Origin: an uncultured Planctomycetota bacterium
GTDB lineage: Bacteria > Planctomycetota > Planctomycetia > Pirellulales > Lacipirellulaceae
Length of the DNA: 64,000 bases
Assembly (NCBI GenBank): GCA_963719315.1
Contig: CAVRBU010000006.1
Coordinates: forward strand, 192,001 to 256,000
Reading direction: 5' to 3'
Shown: in pieces, positions 60,314 through 64,000 of the stretch
Layout: every line of letters begins with the position of its first letter
Numbering within the stretch: the first letter of the stretch is position 1
Position numbers and translations under genes: made by a program
The notes under the pieces: model-generated
Told to the model about the DNA's origin: nothing
Database searches by the model: none
What the model saw: only the letters and a program-made list of their open reading frames with translations

Positions 60314-62191
60314 TTAGCGGTCGATGTGATATTGCTCGATCTTTCGATACAGCGTGGCCCTGCCGATGCCCAGCAGCTTGGCCGCTTCGGGGACGTTGTC
60401 GGCCGTGCGGTTGAGGGCTTCGGTGATGAGGCGTTTTTCCCATTCGTCGATCCGGAGCGTTTCCAGCTCGCTGCTGCCGGAGTCGCGAAGGGCCAAGTCC
60501 TGCGGGCGGATCGAGTCTTCGTCGGCCAGCACGACGGCGCTATCCAGCACGTTGCGAAGCTGCCTGACGTTGCCGGGCCAGCGATAGGCGATCAGCTTCG
60601 CGCGGGCCGCGTCGGACAGGCCGAGGTTCGGTCGGCCGTGTAGCCGGCGGAAGTGATCCAGGAAGAAATCCATGAGGAGCGGGAGGTCTTCGCCCCGGTC
60701 ACGGAGCGGCGGCAGGTACAACTCGAAAACGCTGAGTCGATAGTACAAGTCTTCGCGAAAACGCTTGTCGCGAACATAGGTTTGCAAGTTCTGGTTCGTC
60801 GCCGCGATGACGCGGACATCCACGCTGATTTCTTCCGTCGCGCCGACCGGCAGAAACGGATGGCCTTCGAGAATCCGCAGCAGCTTCGCCTGTCCCTCGA
60901 GCGTCAGCTCGCCGACTTCGTCCAGGAAGAGCGTGCCCAGATCGGCCTGTTGGAAGAATCCGATGTGGTCGCGGTCGGCACTAGTAAACGAGCCGGCCTT
61001 GTGGCCAAACAGTTGGCTCTCGATGAGGTCGCCCGGAATGGCGGCGCAATTGACCGAGACCATGGGCCGATCGGCCCGCGGGCTGGTGCGATGGATGGCC
61101 CGCGCCACGAGCTCCTTGCCGGAGCCGCTCTCGCCGCGGACCAGCACGCAACCCGGTGCGCGGGCGACACGATTGATTTTCGATTTGAGATCGCGCATCG
61201 GCGGGCAGTTGCCGATGAGTTCGTCGTGGCCGGGCGATTTTTCGACGAGCCGCTGGTAATCGCTTTGGAGGGTCGTCAGGGCGCGGGCCCGCACGAGCGA
61301 AATGGCCACGATGTTGGCCACCGAGATGATGAAGTCGAAATCCGACTGGCGGAATCGGCCGTCTTCCAAATACACGTGGATCGCACCGAGCGTCGTGCGT
61401 TCGCCGTCTTCGTTGCGGCGGACGAGCGGCGCGCAGACGGCGTCGGCAAAATGGCCCAAGTCTCGGGTACCCTCTGGGTGGCCTTCTTTCGACGCCTGAT
61501 TTGCCACCCACACCGCGTGCCCTTGTCGCGAGACGAGCTCGGTGAGCGATTGATTGAGCGTGACGCGGTTGGCCGCGTCTTTGGGAATCACCAGCTTCGG
61601 TTGCAGGCTGCCCTCATCGCTGACCGATAGGAATCCGACGACCGATGCGCTGGTGCGCTTCCGCAACAAATCGAGTGCGATTTCGAGCACGCGATTCGGA
61701 TCGCCGCAGCCGAGCAGCTTGATGCAAAGTTGGTAGAGCAGCATCAACTCTTTGACTTGCTCGGTACTGGGCAGGCCGGCGAGCGCATCTTCGTGCGATT
61801 CTTGCACGGCGATCGGCAGGTCTTGCACGATCGTCTGCATGAGCTGCGGATCGTCGCCCTTGGCCGTGGGCGGCTCCTCGGATTCGTGGAATTCGAACTC
61901 GGCCGAGCCGACGCGGATCGTGTTGCCGTCGATGACCGTCGCTTCGTCGATCTTCTGGCCATTGACGAGGGTGCCGTTGCGGCTGCCGTCATCGCGAATG
62001 ACCCAGCCGTCGGGAGTGGAGGTGAGCGTGGCGTGAACGCGCGAGCAGAGCGGATCCTGCAATGAAATGTGGCAATCGGTGCCCCGGCCGATGAGCGTGG
62101 TGCGGCGGGAATCGAGCGGAAAATTGGTGCCGGCGCGAGGGCCCGTGAGGATCGTAAGATATGCGTAAAGTCCGCGGCTGGTGACCGTCAT
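60314..62191 (-). CDS. FHA-GAF sigma-54-dependent Fis-type transcriptional regulator
   Basis: IGRG..SRVHA..SRNGTLVNG (FHA), GESGSGKE, LFLDEV, WPGNVRQL, AAKLLGIGRATLYRK. Confidence 0.92.
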   Translation of the reverse strand: MTVTSRGLYAYLTILTGPRAGTNFPLDSRRTTLIGRGTDCHISLQDPLCSRVHATLTSTPDGWVIRDDGSRNGTLVNGQKIDEATVIDGNTIRVGSAEFEFHESEEPPTAKGDDPQLMQTIVQDLPIAVQESHEDALAGLPSTEQVKELMLLYQLCIKLLGCGDPNRVLEIALDLLRKRTSASVVGFLSVSDEGSLQPKLVIPKDAANRVTLNQSLTELVSRQGHAVWVANQASKEGHPEGTRDLGHFADAVCAPLVRRNEDGERTTLGAIHVYLEDGRFRQSDFDFIISVANIVAISLVRARALTTLQSDYQRLVEKSPGHDELIGNCPPMRDLKSKINRVARAPGCVLVRGESGSGKELVARAIHRTSPRADRPMVSVNCAAIPGDLIESQLFGHKAGSFTSADRDHIGFFQQADLGTLFLDEVGELTLEGQAKLLRILEGHPFLPVGATEEISVDVRVIAATNQNLQTYVRDKRFREDLYYRLSVFELYLPPLRDRGEDLPLLMDFFLDHFRRLHGRPNLGLSDAARAKLIAYRWPGNVRQLRNVLDSAVVLADEDSIRPQDLALRDSGSSELETLRIDEWEKRLITEALNRTADNVPEAAKLLGIGRATLYRKIEQYHIDR

Positions 62192-62350
62192 AGTATCGCC
62201 CGGCGAATTCGGCGGAACGGGAGCGAAACTGCATGGTACACCAGCGCGGGCCGGCTTGGAATTGGCCCGGCGATGCGGATAATGGCGTTGTTCGGTTGGG
62301 GCTCCCGCCACCGACAGCAGTACCAATACTCAAGCATTAAGGAAAGCGAC

Positions 62351-63061
62351 ATGGTCACCGACCCGCGGTTCGATGTGCAACCAGACGAATACACCGACCC
62401 GCAGAAGCGGCGCAGCAAGTGGGCGAGTTGCCTGATCGGGTGCCTCATAATTTTGGGGGTGATGCTGGTGGTGGCGATCCTGGTTGCCGTTTGGGTCAGT
62501 CGAAACTGGCGCGGCTGGACCGCAGACTTTGGGTCGATGGCGATGAACCAGGCAATCGACGATTCCACCATGCCCCCGCAAGAAAAGGGCGAAGTGAAAG
62601 TGCAAGTCGAGCGCGTTGCGACAGCACTGCGAGATGGCCGGATAGGCGCCGCGCAGGCGGGTGCGATCTTCACCAAAGTGATGGATTCGCCACTGATGCC
62701 CACGCTAGTCGTGGCCGCCATCGGCCAGCACTATTTCGAGCAGTCGAAACTGAGCGACGAAGAAAAAACCGAGGGGCGTCAAACGCTCAACCGTTTTGCC
62801 CGCGCGATCATCGACAAGAAAGTCGACAAGAAGGGGATCGATGCCGTGATGATGCATATTGCCGATCGGCGATCGAATGGTCGGTGGCAATTTCGCCCGC
62901 AAGTGAGCGACGAAGAGTTACGTGCGGCGTTGGCTGAAGCAAAATCGCAAGCGGACGCAGCGGGAATCGCCGCCGAGCCGACGGATATTGACTTCTCGGA
63001 AGAATTCAAACGAATTATCGACGAGGAATTGCCGGCTAATTCGCGCTGGTCCGACTACTGA
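62351..63061 (+). CDS. Hypothetical single-pass membrane protein
   Basis: CLIGCLIILGV.. TM segment followed by a helical domain. Confidence 0.7.
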   Translation: MVTDPRFDVQPDEYTDPQKRRSKWASCLIGCLIILGVMLVVAILVAVWVSRNWRGWTADFGSMAMNQAIDDSTMPPQEKGEVKVQVERVATALRDGRIGAAQAGAIFTKVMDSPLMPTLVVAAIGQHYFEQSKLSDEEKTEGRQTLNRFARAIIDKKVDKKGIDAVMMHIADRRSNGRWQFRPQVSDEELRAALAEAKSQADAAGIAAEPTDIDFSEEFKRIIDEELPANSRWSDY

Positions 63062-64000
63062 GTCATTACACCAGGACCACGTGCAGCCACGCGGCCGGGC
63101 GTCGCGCTTTCGTACGCGCTGAACTCGGCCCAGATCGGGTAGTGGTCGGAGACTTGCAGGGCCTGATCGAGCGTGAGGTTGTGGAGGCGCTGGACGTCGT
63201 ACACGCCCCAGCGGCCGCTGAACTCGGTCGTTGAGGGTCGGTGGATGATGATGTTGTCGTACTGGGCGTTCTGGCGAGTGTTCGTGTAGGCGCCGCGGAC
63301 GATGGGCTGCACGCCATCCAGACGGCCGAGGTCGCCGAGGTGTTTGTCGTCGACGTTCAGGTCGCCCAATAGGATGATGTCGTCTTCGCCGCCCGAAGCG
63401 CGGCGGACCGCTTGATACACTTGCGCGAGGGCGTTGAGTTCCGGGCCGGTTTCATCCGGGTCGGTGTGCATGTCGACGAGCACGAACGTGAAAGCTTGCT
63501 CGGGCGGTGGGCCGCGGACGCGAAACATCGCCACCAGCGGCTCGCGGTGAAGCAAATCGTCGGGGTCGTTCACCGTGAATACACTGCGGCGATTGACCTC
63601 GATCGTGGCCGTGTCGTAGATGAACGCGTACTGTTCCTTGCTGACCGTGCGGCCCAGTCGCGGGCCGACTACTTTGTCGTAGACGCGGCCGTTCGTGTTC
63701 ACGTACGTGCGGAGGAAATTATCGATGAAGTAGTCATCCTGTGTGCGGATTTCTTGGATCGCGACGACGGAAAAATTCTGAATGATGGCGGCCAGCGTGG
63801 CCATGACATACGGCTTCGAGGCCTTGGCGTCGCCGAACACCTGAATGTTGAACGAGGCGATGCGGATCGCAGGGCCGCCGAACATGGGTGTGGGCGGCGT
63901 GGGATTCGTAACCACCGATTGCGACGCGTAGCTAGCCGGCACCTGGGCCGACTGCGTTTGGGAATTCGACGTTCTGATAGTTCTGAGCCGGGTAGCTCGG
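63055..64000 (-). CDS. DNase I-like endonuclease/exonuclease/phosphatase (5' end outside window)
   Basis: IASFNIQVFG, AIQEIR, EQYAFIYD, REP, LGDLN, YDNI, VSDHYP. Confidence 0.9.
   Translation of the reverse strand, partial: RATRLRTIRTSNSQTQSAQVPASYASQSVVTNPTPPTPMFGGPAIRIASFNIQVFGDAKASKPYVMATLAAIIQNFSVVAIQEIRTQDDYFIDNFLRTYVNTNGRVYDKVVGPRLGRTVSKEQYAFIYDTATIEVNRRSVFTVNDPDDLLHREPLVAMFRVRGPPPEQAFTFVLVDMHTDPDETGPELNALAQVYQAVRRASGGEDDIILLGDLNVDDKHLGDLGRLDGVQPIVRGAYTNTRQNAQYDNIIIHRPSTTEFSGRWGVYDVQRLHNLTLDQALQVSDHYPIWAEFSAYESATPGRVAARGPGVMTQ

Noticed and set aside
1..64000. tRNA, rRNA or riboswitch genes
   Set aside because: None recognised by eye; a covariance-model search (tRNAscan-SE, Rfam) would be needed to exclude them.

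Overview
GC-rich bacterial DNA, inferred to be planctomycete (Pirellulales-like) from DUF1592/DUF1552, DUF4340/Gld-like ABC, PQQ-propeller and PEP-CTERM genes. Most of it is ordinary: a pilMNOPQ-type cluster, lplA, a molybdo-oxidoreductase, moaB, a Ser/Thr kinase, metF, a diguanylate cyclase, glgP, lpxK, nadB, an ABC system, a PaaK-like ligase, a sigma-54 activator and a DNase I-like gene. About ten genes carry single frameshifts, probably uncorrected long-read indels. Mobile DNA: two near-identical ISKra4-type elements and one IS5-type element, each with a 9-bp target duplication, plus several families of small palindromic and short tandem repeats, some inserted in frame in genes. The most striking feature is a ~6.2-kb island (54102-60313). 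A RAYT-like HUH/Y1 transposase gene is bracketed by an inverted pair of a ~22-bp motif (consensus TAAAGGGGACGGGAGTCATTTT). Five further copies or part-copies delimit unrelated gene units: PEP-CTERM protein, GIY-YIG protein, membrane protein, SEC-C fragment, toxin-antitoxin pair and SEC-C protein. This looks like an integron-like cassette array beside a Y1 transposase rather than an integrase. That reading is an inference. All family assignments come from motif recognition by eye; no searches were run.
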